Assembly: GCA_964016885.1 (NCBI GenBank)
Contig: OZ024761.1
Location: forward strand, 7,006,001-7,070,000
Direction: 5' to 3'
From: Eledone cirrhosa
Taxonomy: Eukaryota
Length of the DNA stretch: 64,000 nucleotides
Shown: positions 36,693-49,503 of the stretch, piece after piece
How the letters are laid out: each line of letters begins with the position of its first letter
Position numbering within the stretch: position 1 is the stretch's first letter
Position numbers and translations under genes: made by a program
Notes under the pieces: generated by a model
Told to the model about the DNA's origin: nothing
The model's input: only the letters and a program-made list of their open reading frames with translations
The model's database searches: none

Positions 36693-38795
36693 ACGTTTAA
36701 CGTCCGTGTTCCACGCTTGCATGGGTTTGGACGGGGGTAGTCCCACTTGAGGCAAGAGTGATTGTCTTGCTCGCATAGGACTGTCTGGCAGGTTTTCTAC
36801 AGTTGGATGCCCTTCCTAACACCAACCACATTTACAGTGTGGGTCTGGGAGGTTTTTACCGTGTTGCCTACACGGCCACATTACAGCGTGGACTGTGTGT
36901 TTTTTTGTCGTGACACCTACACGATCTCATTTGTTTCGGCCTGGATGGTGTGGCACGAATATATATGTATATGTATAAATATATGTATGTATGTATGTAT
37001 GTGTGTATATAGATGGAAAAGACAGCGGATTAGCTGTCGAAACGACTGGAGCTCGGCCGTCGGAGTCCTGACTCTTTTCCTATTACCCTAAGTATCGAGT
37101 ACTCTGGTGCGTTATGGTCCACTTGGTTCTTTACCGCACTTTCTTTGTTATATATATATATATATAAAAACTAAGATCCTCCCTTGCTCAGTATGTAGGA
37201 AAGGTGTAGGTAGGAATTCCATCCTCTGCCCCAAATGCAAACTATGGGTACACAAGAGATGTAGTGGGATCTCAGGAAGCTTCATTAACCCTTTAATCTT
37301 CAAACCGGCCAAAACTGGCCAGAATTCTCTACCTCTTTCTGTTGAAACTGGCTGTAACTGGTCACTCATACTGATGTTAAGGTATTGTTCTCAAAATAAA
37401 TACTTTCAAAATCTCATAGATTCGATATTATGTGAGATAATTATGCGAGATAAAGCCTTTACCATGAAAATATAATAGTATATATAATGTGAATGCTAAA
37501 GGGTTAAGAATGTAGGCTTTACATGTAGCAGCTGCACCAGGACAGTAAGCAGCAAACGACCACAGGAAACAAGCCCCACCAAACTCTGGGAGGGCTCTGT
37601 AGAAACAGTAGACAGCTTCTGCTACCTGGGTGACCAAATTAGCAGCGGAGCTGGGTGTTCTGAAAGTACAGTAACCAGGATAAGAACTGGATGGAAGAAG
37701 TTCAAGGAGCTACTGCCACTGCTAGCTGCAAAAGGCTTTTCCCTCAAAATGAAAGGCAGACTGTATGATGCATGCATACGAACGGCAATGTTACATGGAA
37801 GTGAGACCTGGGCGCTGTCTGTAGAAGACTTGCATAGATTAGAAAGAAATAAAGCTTGCATGTTCTGATGGATGTGAGATAGTAATATACGCGAAAGGCA
37901 AAGCATAAATGAATTGAGAGAGAGACAGCATAAGAGGAATCAAATGCTGTGTGCAGGAGAGGAGGTTGCATTGGTATGGACATGTGATGTGTATGAAGGA
38001 TGACAGCTGCATAAAAAGGTGCAGAGCACTAAAAGTTGATGGAAGCCGTGGAGTGGGGAGATCCAAGAAGACCTGGGATGAGGTGATAAAAGCTGACCTT
38101 GCACAATTGCACCTCTCAAAGGCGATGACACAGGACCGAGACCTCTGGCGTCACACAGTAATACAGAAGACCCGACTTCCCACGGGTACAAGCCGAAGCT
38201 GAAGCATATTGATAGTCTACCCCCAACACCTCCCACTGCAAAGTGGTCGTGTAGGCGTCACAGTAAAAAGAAGCACCCAGTACTCACTGTAAATGAGGTT
38301 GGCATTAGGAAAGGCATCCAGCTGTAGAAATCAAGCGAAAGTCAGTTCCATATGAACAAGACATGGTCACCTGACCTGGCATTGCCCACAACAGGACAAC
38401 CTGTCTAACCCTTGCTAGCGTGGAAGAACGGGCGTAAAATGGTGATGATGATATGTATCATGATCATCATCATCATTTAACGTCTATCTTCCACGCTAGC
38501 ATGGGTTAGACGGGAATTGTCCTACTTGAGGCAAGATTAGGCTGCTCAGCCGTTAATATGCATAAGGAAAGTATATACTTTCAGACGTTCAATCATCTGG
38601 CAGGAAGGTATACGTTGCTGACGATAGCTAATAAGCTTGAAACTAGTACATCGTTCCTTTGTCAGTGTTGAACAAAAGAGCAACGATGGTTGCTGGACAC
38701 TGTACGGCTTAATACGGGATGTTTGTTTACAAACACACCGAGCATTATAATAAATGTTCGGTGAATCCATACATACATATATATATGTGTGCATG

Positions 38796-38837
<42 letters not shown>

Positions 38838-39578
38838 CTACTGTACGTCTGTATACATATATGTATGTACGTATACATACTTATATTTAAGTAACATCCT
38901 TACTAAGAGTGAGAAATGAAATTTTGTTTCATTTTTTCCGTTTATATATATATATAACAATGATAAACAAGACCAAGATGGTTAATTATATTACATTTTA
39001 ATAAATTAACACGTTTCTTCCAAATCTTAATTATATGAGCAAAAGATTGGATTCATCAGGGTTAATAAAATGAAAACAAAGAAATTATTAACTAGCAAAA
39101 TGATATCAATATCAGATTTAGCCTAACAGCTAATGTTTACCTTATACAACATCAAATTTGAATAACACGACACCAAGTTTGAATATGGCACTCAAACAAA
39201 CAAAATTTACTACAAAATTGAGTTATGCACTCAAGCAAAACAGGTTATAATATTTTCTTTTAAAAAATATATATAAAGTGGTTGTGTATCTGTCCGTAAC
39301 AAAGTAGAGATGACTGAAGAAGAAAGGGGTGATTACATCGACTGAAACTGACAGACTTAGAAAAAATAATTATTATATACATACACATCTATGTGATGAC
39401 TGAGGAAGGAGGTGAGAAACTATAGAAGTCCAGAGTTCTAAGATTCATCACAGCTGTGTGTTTGTATCACCTGTGTGAGTGAACGCAAAGGTACCAACTA
39501 ACCAACAAACAAACAGATATTACAATTTGCCGTGACAACATGGGGCCACCTAGTTTATATATATTTAGTACAAAGAAA

Positions 39579-39614
<36 letters not shown>

Positions 39615-40713
39615 CATCATCATCGTTTAACGTCCATTTTCCATGCTAGCATGGGTCTGGATGGGAATTGTCCCACTTGAAGCAAGATTGGTTGTCTTGC
39701 TCAGGACTGTCTGGCGGGTTTTCTACGGCTGGATGCCCTTCCTAACACCAACCACGTTTACAGTGTGGACTGGGAGGTTTTACCGTGTTACCTACACGGC
39801 CACATTACAGCGTGGACTGCGTGTTTTTTTGTCGTGACACCTACACAATCTCATTTGTTTCGGCCTGGATGTTGTGGTACCAACATAGCTTCACATCGAA
39901 AGGGGTGGTGTGGATGGCGATGGGGGTGTATTTTGGTTAAGAGGTGCCTACTGACTAGGTTTCGCTTTGTACTTAGGCAAGGTGGGTCTTCTGTATTACT
40001 ACGTAGCGCCAAAGATCTCGGTCCAGTGACATTGTCTTGGAGAGGTGTAAGTGTGTGAGGTCGGATTTTATCAAGTCATACCAGGTTATATATATGTATA
40101 TATATATATATGTATATGGTGGCTGCCAACTCGTTTTCGAGTACGGCCACTACTTTATATCCATGTAGGAGAACCCTACCGATGCGCTGTACGAGTGACT
40201 TTTTAGTCCAGCCAGCGACTTGAAAACTCTGGTACAAATTATGTGACAATTATTGACACATAGTGCTGGGCCCATGGTACCATGTGACAAGTGCAGAGAG
40301 ATCTCCAGATATAAAGCAATGCCTGTGCCGTGAAGCTTTTATAGTGAGCAAAGGCACTGCACAAAGCCAGTCCCACTCTCTTAACCAAGATGATATTTAC
40401 CAAAAAGAAGAACAAGTCAACATCATTGGATACCATCAGGGTTGCAGGTGTTATATCAGAGTTTTCCTTCTAGAATTCTGCCTTGACAAAGGCTAAGGGG
40501 TCATCTCTCCCAGTGATTTTGGATGGCCATTGACTCTTAAGAGCTCCTTTGCCCTTTGACAGGTTTTGTTTTTAGTCCTGCAGGATGTCCAAAGTCACCC
40601 TCCTCACCAAGAAACCTTGGTGGGGTTGACAGTTTAGTTGCCAACGACCCGACCATGATACAGGTTGTACTGGGATACATGTTACCAGTAGCACCAACTG
40701 GTGACCTGATATA

Positions 40714-40760
<47 letters not shown>

Positions 40761-43570
40761 GGGTGTTACAGGTAAATTGGAACCATTTAAATATCATCAC
40801 CATTTAGTGTCCATTTTCTATGCTTGATGGGTTAGATGGGTCATCCCCTTTGGGAGAGAAGTCTGGCCAGTGTTGGCCACATTATACCTTGCTCTGTTGT
40901 GAACTAACCCATGCTCGCGTGGAAAATAGACGTTAAACAACAATGATGATGATGTGTGTGCATATATATATGCGACGGCTAGAGAGAAATGAAGCAAGTA
41001 TGCTCCGATGGTTGTGCAATGTCAGTGTGCATGAACGACCAAGCATGGATGTGTTGAAAAAGAAACTGGGGATAAGTTGTGGTGTGCAGGAGAGAAGGCT
41101 GAGATGGTATGGACATGTGATACCAACTAGAGATGACTGAGGGATGTGTATATATGTATGTATGTATGTGTGTGCTTGTGTAAATGTATGTATTTGTGTG
41201 TTTGTGTAAATGTTTGTGTGAGTGTGTGTTTGTGTAAATGTGTTTGTGTGTGTTTTTGTAAATGTATGTATGTGTGTGTTTGTGTTTGCATGTTTATATT
41301 TATATACTCATACATATAAATGTATGCATATGCGTATACACACACACATACATATATACAAACCTGTATATATATTTCTAGTGTATATATATTTCTAATG
41401 TATATATATTTCTAGTGTATATATATTTCTAATGTATATATATTTCTAGTGTATATATATTTCTAGTGTATATATACTTCTAGTGTATATATATTTCTTT
41501 CTAGTGTATATATATTTCTTTCTAATGTATATATATTTCTAGTGTATATATACTTCTAGTGTATATATATTTCTAGTGTATATATATTTCTAGTGTATAT
41601 ATATTTCTTTCTAATGTATATATATTTCTAGAGAATATATATTTCTAATGTATATATATTTCTAATGTATATATATTTCTAATGTATATATATTTCTAGA
41701 GAATATATATTTCTAGTGTATATATTTCTAATGTATATATAATTCTAATGTATATATATTTCTAGAGAATATATATTTCTAGTGTATATATTTATAATGT
41801 ATATATATTTCTAGTGTATATATATTTCTAATGTATATATCTTTCTAGAGAATATATATTTCTAGTATATATTTCTAATGTATATATTTCTAGTGTATAT
41901 ATATTTCTAGTGTATATATAATTCTAATGTATATATATTTCTAGTGTATATATATTTCTAGTGTATATATATTTCTAGAGAATATATATTTCTAATGTAT
42001 ATATATTTCTAATGTATATATATTTCTAGTGTATATATATTTCTAGTGTATATATATTTCTAGAGAATATATATTTCTAATGTATATATATTTCTAATGT
42101 ATATATATTTCTAATGTATATATATTTCTAGAGAACATATATTTCTAATGTATATATTTCTAATGTATATATATTTCTAATGTATATATATTTCTAGTGT
42201 ATATATATATTTCTAGTGTATATATATTTCTAATGTATATATCTTTCTAGAGAATATATATTTCTAATGTATATATCTTTCTAGAGAATATATATTTCTA
42301 GTGTATATATTTCTAATGTATATATTTCTAGTGTATATATATTTCTAATGTATATATATTTCTAATGTATATATATTTCTAATGTATATATCTTTCTAGA
42401 GAATATATATTTCTAGTGTATATATAATTCTAATGTATATATATTTCTAGTGTATATATATTTCTAATGTATATATATTTCTAGTGTATATATATAATTT
42501 TAATGTATATATATTTCTAGTGTATATATATTTCTAGAGAACATATATTTCTAATGTATATATATTTCTAATGTATATATATTTCTAATGTATATATTTC
42601 TAGTGTATATATATTTCTAATGTATATATATTTCTAATGTATATATATTTCTAGTGTATATATATATTTCTAGTGTATATATATTTCTAATGTATATATC
42701 TTTCTAGAGAATATATATTTCTAATGTATATATCTTTCTAGAGAATATATATTTCTAGTGTATATATTTCTAATGTATATATTTCTAGTGTATATATATT
42801 TCTAATGTATATATATTTCTAATGTATATAGCTTTCTAGAGAATATATATTTCTAGTGTATATATTTCTAATGTATATATTTCTAGTGTATATATATTTC
42901 TAATGTATATATATTTTTAATGTATATATTTCTAATGTATATATCTTTCTAGAGAATATATATTTCTAGTGTATATATTTCTAGTGTATATATATTTCTA
43001 ATGTATATATATTTCTAGTGTATATATATTTCTAGTGTATATATTTCTAGTGTATATATAATTCTAATGTATATATATTTCTAATGTATATATATTTCTA
43101 GTGTATATATATTTCTAGTGTATATATATTTCTAATGTATATATATTTCTAATGTATATATATTTCTAATGTATATATATTTCTAATGTATATATATTTC
43201 TAATGTATATATATTTCTAATGTATATATATATTGCTAATGTATATATCTTTCTAGTGTATATATATTTCTACAAATCTTCTAATCTTTCTCTCTCACAA
43301 CAGATGTTCTAAATACATTTGAATGGCTCAGCCATGACTGGCTTTCTCGCTGGTTGACTGACCCTATCAAAGCACCGTCCATTAACAACCAAACTTTCCT
43401 CTGTTGTCACAGCAGGTATTTCATTTTTTACCACATTATTTCTATCTAGCCCCTCCTCTCTCTCTCGCTCTCTCTCTTTCTCTCTCTCTCTCTCTCTTTC
43501 TTTCTGTCTCTCTCTCTCTCTCTTTCTTTCTGTCTCTCTCTGTCTGTCTGTCTGTCTGTCTCTGTCTGTC

Positions 43571-43657
<87 letters not shown>

Positions 43658-43718
43658 GTCTGTCTCTCTGTCTCTCTCTCTCTCTCTCTGTCTATCTCTC
43701 TCTCTCTGTCTATCTCTC

Positions 43719-43749
<31 letters not shown>

Positions 43750-46700
43750 GTCTATCTCTCTCTCTTTCTGTCTTTCTCTGTCTACTCTCTCTCTCTACTC
43801 TCCCCTTCTCCCCCTCTCTCCCAGTTTATATATATCTATGTATGTATATCTCTCTGTATGTGTGTGTATTTAACACCTTTCTATCTCACCCTATCTTTAT
43901 TTATGCATGTGTACGTAGATATATTGGACATACACGCCTGGGCGGCGTGTCACAGCTTGAGATTGGTGTGGGGGGTCAGACCTTCGTTAAGACCTGAAGA
44001 TCCGTCTCTTCGTTGCTGTAGTGGAGTATGTTCTGCTGTACGGGTCTGAGACTTGGACACTGACCAAGAAACTCACTCAGATGGTGGATGGGTGCTACAC
44101 GAGAGTGCTGAGGATGGCTCTGAACATTAATCAGTATACACTGAGGATGAAGAACTCAGAGCTGTATGGGAGCCTCCCAAAAGTCAGCTCAGAAGTGACA
44201 CAGAGGAGACTGAGGTTGGCTGGACATGCTCACCGACATCCAGAGTTGACACTGCACTCAGTGCTCCTATGGCATCCCCACAGTGTTAGAAACTTTACCA
44301 CACACAGGGATATGGTGCACAATAGTATATATAAAGTAATGTAAATGTTGTGAGATATTATGTGAGGTAAAGCCTTTACTGTGAAAATACAATAGTACAT
44401 ATAGAGTAATGTAAATGTTATGTGAGGTAAAGCCTTTACTGTGAAAATACAATAGTATATATAGAGTAATGTAAATATTGTGAGATAAAGCCTTTACTGT
44501 GAAAATACAATAGTACATATAGAGTAATGTAAATGTTATGTGAGGTAAAGCCTTTACTGTGAAAATACAATAGTACATATAGAGTAATGTAAATATTATG
44601 AGATAAAGCCTTTACTGTGAAAATACAATAGTACATATAGAGTAATGTAAATGTTATGTGAGGTAAAGCCTTTACTGTGAAAATACAATAGTATATATAG
44701 AGTAATGTAAATGTTATGTGAGGTAAAGCCTTTACTGTGAAAATACAATAGTATATATAGAGTAATGTAAATGTTATGCGAGGTAAAGCCTTTACTGTGA
44801 AAATACAATAGTACATATAGAGTAATGTAAATGTTATGTGAGGTAAAGCCTTTACTGTGAAAATACAATAGTACATATAGAGTAATGTAAATGTTATGTG
44901 AGGTAAAGCCTTTACTGTGAAAATACAATAGTACATATAGAGTAATGTAAATGTTATGTGAGGTAAAGCCTTTACTGTGAAAATACAATAGTATATATAG
45001 AGTAATGTAAATATTGTGAGATAAAGCCTTTACTGTGAAAATACAATAGTACATATAGAGTAATGTAAATGTTATGTGAGGTAAAGCCTTTACTGTGAAA
45101 ATACAATAGTACATATAGAGTAATGTAAATATTATGAGATAAAGCCTTTACTGTGAAAATACAATAGTACATATAGAGTAATGTAAATGTTATGTGAGGT
45201 AAAGCCTTTACTGTGAAAATACAATAGTATATATAGAGTAATGTAAATGTTATGTGAGGTAAAGCCTTTACTGTGAAAATACAATAGTATATATAGAGTA
45301 ATGTAAATGTTATGCGAGGTAAAGCCTTTACTGTGAAAATACAATAGTACATATAGAGTAATGTAAATGTTATGTGAGGTAAAGCCTTTACTGTGAAAAT
45401 ACAATAGTACATATAGAGTAATGTAAATGTTATGTGAGGTAAAGCCTTTACTGTGAAAATACAATAGTACATATAGAGTAATGTAAATACTAAATAATTA
45501 ATAGGCCAAGGTTACTGCTATCTGATTTTTTATTTAAAAACAATTTTTTATTGTGGCTCCATAGGACTGAGATGTACGACTAATTCTAAATCTTACTCCA
45601 TACGTCATCCTTTTTCCTTTCACATATATACAAGATGAGTTATAAATAAGCGGACAGTTCAACATTTTATTCCAAATGATAATCTATCTATCTATTACTA
45701 AAACTCTGTGATAGCTTGCTTGAAATGTCATACAGCCAAAAGGGTGCATAATGGGGAAAATACTTTGAAAGGAAGTTGACCCTGAAATGGGAATACAGAT
45801 GGAATAAGACCAGTTTTTCATAAATCGGAGCACGGGTTCCCGACATATGGGGTTTTTCTAGGTAACTTCGTAAACCGAGAGAGAGTAAGAGATAGTGGTT
45901 GTGAGAGAGTAGATTGAAAGAGACATAGAGAGAGGGTGATGAGACAGAGAAGGAGAATGGAAGAGAGAGAGAGAGCTGGTGGTGGTGTTGTTGTGTGTGT
46001 ATATATATATATATGTGTATGTCTATGACCAGTGTATATAGATCAGACACCCACATATATATATACATATATATATACACACACACACATACACATATAT
46101 GTATACAAACACATACATTTATATATATACACACACACACACATATATATATATATGTATACACACGCACTCACATACATACACACACGTATATATATGG
46201 GCCTTCCAGTTTCATTTCACACTATATACATGTCTGTATATTTTAATTATTTAAAAATTATTTTTAAGTGAACAGGATTTTTTTAGAAATATTTTGAAGT
46301 GAACGTCACCCAACGGTCATGGGTGGTTTACTATTATTCTCATTCAGTATGGAACTATAAATATATCAAACAAAAGTAGTTAAAAATATAATTAGTGTTT
46401 GAAAAACTGACCCCCGTTCTCCAATATATTTTGAAGTGGATGTTCAAAAGGTTATCTGTGAACATTGAAATACATCGACTGCTCGGTTACTTATGACTCA
46501 CTCTGTATTTCGATGATTTATCTCCCCTTACCTCGCTCTCTTTCACCCTCTTTCTATCTCACCCGCTCTCTTTCACTCTCTTTCTATCTCACCCTCTCTC
46601 TCTCTCTCCTGCAGGTTAAACCCTAATATGGTATCCAAATTAAAGTTTGTCAACAGTGAAGGTGTGAGTAAAATTAACTTAATTGCTTTGTTGTTATTGT

Positions 46701-49457
46701 TTTCGTTGTGAGATGAAATCCTGCTGAAGTGAACTTTGCCTTTCAGCCTTACGGGTTATATAAAATAAAGTACCAGTAACACACTGGGGTCAATTTAATT
46801 GACTTTCTCCTCCCCCAAAATGTTTGGACTTGCACCTAAATCAGAAGTTATTATAATTGAATTTGGGTGGTGGATTGGCAGTATCAGTAGAGCATCAGAA
46901 ACCATGCTTTGTGGCATAAAGTTACGGCCCTTTGCATTCCGAGATAAAATCTCGCTATGGTTAGCTTTGCCTTTAACCCTTAAGGGGTCTATAAAGTAAA
47001 GTACCAGTTATGCACTGGGGTCAATTCAATCGACTTTCCTATTTCCCAAAGATTGTTGGCCTTGTTCCTCAACCAGAAACCATTATTGTGGATTGGAAGA
47101 ATCGGAAGCTGTCATTCGCTGACGTTATCTCTAGGGATACGGGAATCAGTAGACAGGACCTGGGGGCAGCGATGGGGGACAGGGAATTCTGGGGCACGAG
47201 AGTGAGATCCATCATCTCGACGGTAGTCGACGAATGATGATGATGAGAGCGAAAGACAAAATGCCTTGCAGCATTTAGTTAAGACTTTCTACATTCTGAG
47301 TTGAAATCCTGCAAAGGTTAACATCACCTTTCATTCTTTCAGGGGTCAATCTAATCAATGGGTGGTGGTGACTTGTGATTGTGTTTGAGGTAGGTGTTGT
47401 GGTGGTGTAGGATGATGATGGTGATGATCAGTAAAGTACAGTGATATTCTTATTGCAGGCTGCTGCTTTGTTTGCTAAATTTATGGGTGGCCCTCGCTTA
47501 CTTGGGTAAGTTAAACTTCTATTATACCTCCTGCTTGTTGTCACTGTTGTTGTTCCCTTGTGGTCAAATACATTTCTCACCTCTATCTACTTCTATAGAA
47601 GTTACATTTTTTTCTCCCTAAAATATAAAGGGAAAACCAGCATTGAACTTAACTACTGGACCTACAAAACCTCAGTTTACAATGTATGAAGTAAAGTAGA
47701 GTATGACTTATACACACGTATATATGGTGGATTTAGTAATATAACTATCTCTTGAATTAGTAAGCTGGTCTTTGGAGCATGGACAGCCGAACTGTGTGTT
47801 CTTGGGGCTCTGCTAGAGACAGCAGCAACACACACTACCACATGTTGCTACCCACAAAACAAAAAAAATGAGATCAAATAGAGATATATACATCTATATG
47901 GAGAGGCACATGGCTTAGTGGTTAGAACATTGGCCTTGCAATCGAAAGGTTGGGAGTTCAATTCTCAGACCGGGTGATGTTGTTTCCTTGAGCAAGACAC
48001 TTTATTTCACATTGCTCCAGTTTACTCAGCTGTAGAAATGAGATGATAGGGACTGGGGTCCCTATCATTCCACTGCAAAGTGGTCGTGGAGGTGCCACGG
48101 CAAAAAAGCACCCAGCACTCACTGTAAATGAGGTTGGTGTTAGGAAGCGCATCCAGCTGTAGAAATGAAGCCAGAATCAGTTCCCGTCCCACCCTTGCAA
48201 GCAGGGAAAAAGTGTACATAAAATGAAATTGATGATGATGATATCTATTTTGTCACGGCAAAAAGCCCCCAGCCCACAGTGTTAAGGTGGTAACCATTAC
48301 CTACATCCGCAATTTCCCCAAGTTTCCTCCTTTCCCCCTCCCTAGTTCCAAGACAAATGCACCCAGCCCACACCGTGTTGGTGACACAACAAAAAGTGCC
48401 CAGTCCACACTGTGAAATGGTCGTGTAGATGTCATGACAAAAAGTTGCCAGCACACACTGTAAATGTGTTTGGCATTAGGAAGGGTATGCAGCTGTAGAA
48501 ACCAAACCAAAATCTGCCCTCGGTGAGCCAAACATGGTCCTCTGACCTGATTCTCCCGCTAAAGGTCAATCTATCTTTACCCATGCTAGTGTGGAAGACT
48601 GCCCTCTTCCCCTTGATTCCAGTTTTTCCCCTCCACCCACCCACTGTTGGGCCAAGCGCCCTGGCGAGAGACAACGAGCCACGCACATGCCGGCTCCACC
48701 ACAAACAGGCAGAAGAAAGGACGGAACTGTTCAGGGTGCAGATGTTTCCAGCACCTTTCTTGTGTTTGCCTGGTTTGTTGAGCCTCCAGTGCCTTCACAG
48801 CGTGGCAATGCAGCAATTGTCTCTTCCTCTTGTCTACACAGCTGTGGCCGTCCATTACACCACCAGCAGATAAGACTGCGAGCTTCTCTGATGCTCAAGC
48901 CTCGCTGGTCAACATTGCTCGGCTCAGCGGAAGATTCTGCTCAAGTTCCTGTGAGCAGCTTGGGTGCTAGTGGCCGATGCCCTCGCATCCTCAATAGAGA
49001 GGGCCCTGGATTCTGATCAAGCCTTTTCTATTTCACCTCACTTGCTCTTGGCCCCCCTAGCTCTGATGCTGACCAAGGCAGCCTGTAGACAGCAGCATTT
49101 GTCAAGGCTAATGTTTAGTCCTTCTGGGCATGCCACTTGCTAATCGAATGAGGTCTGGGTTTTTGTCAATCAATTCTTAATATATCAAAAAGGCGTAGAA
49201 ACTAATGTTTGTCTTAAATCTTGTAACAATTTTCTCTTTTATCTTCATTATTTGCTGGCGAATTCACCCACCCCTCCTACGCCATTACCACTGCTGCGGT
49301 GTTACTGGTACAGGGAGGAGAGTCTCTGCCTGCTGTGTGTACAGAAACAGTGTCATGTGATGAGGATGAAACAGAGGATGGAGAAAGACATGAAATATAT
49401 TACCAACGTTATGAAGTATAGTCATGACTCGTAAGTATTATCTCTCTCCTGTCTACC

Positions 49458-49503
<46 letters not shown>

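Noticed and set aside
39392-39452. TGTGATGA-CTGAGGA...GAAACTATAG...TCATCACA, hammerhead-like; also CTGAAGA...GAAAC at 39314-39348
   Set aside because: Helix I pairs but no helix II can form before GAAA and no NUH lies next to the 3' arm; too degenerate to call.
40098-40215. Stem followed by GAAA on the minus strand beside (TA)n
   Set aside because: Upstream box reads CTAAAAA (two mismatches to CTGANGA) and helix geometry is irregular.
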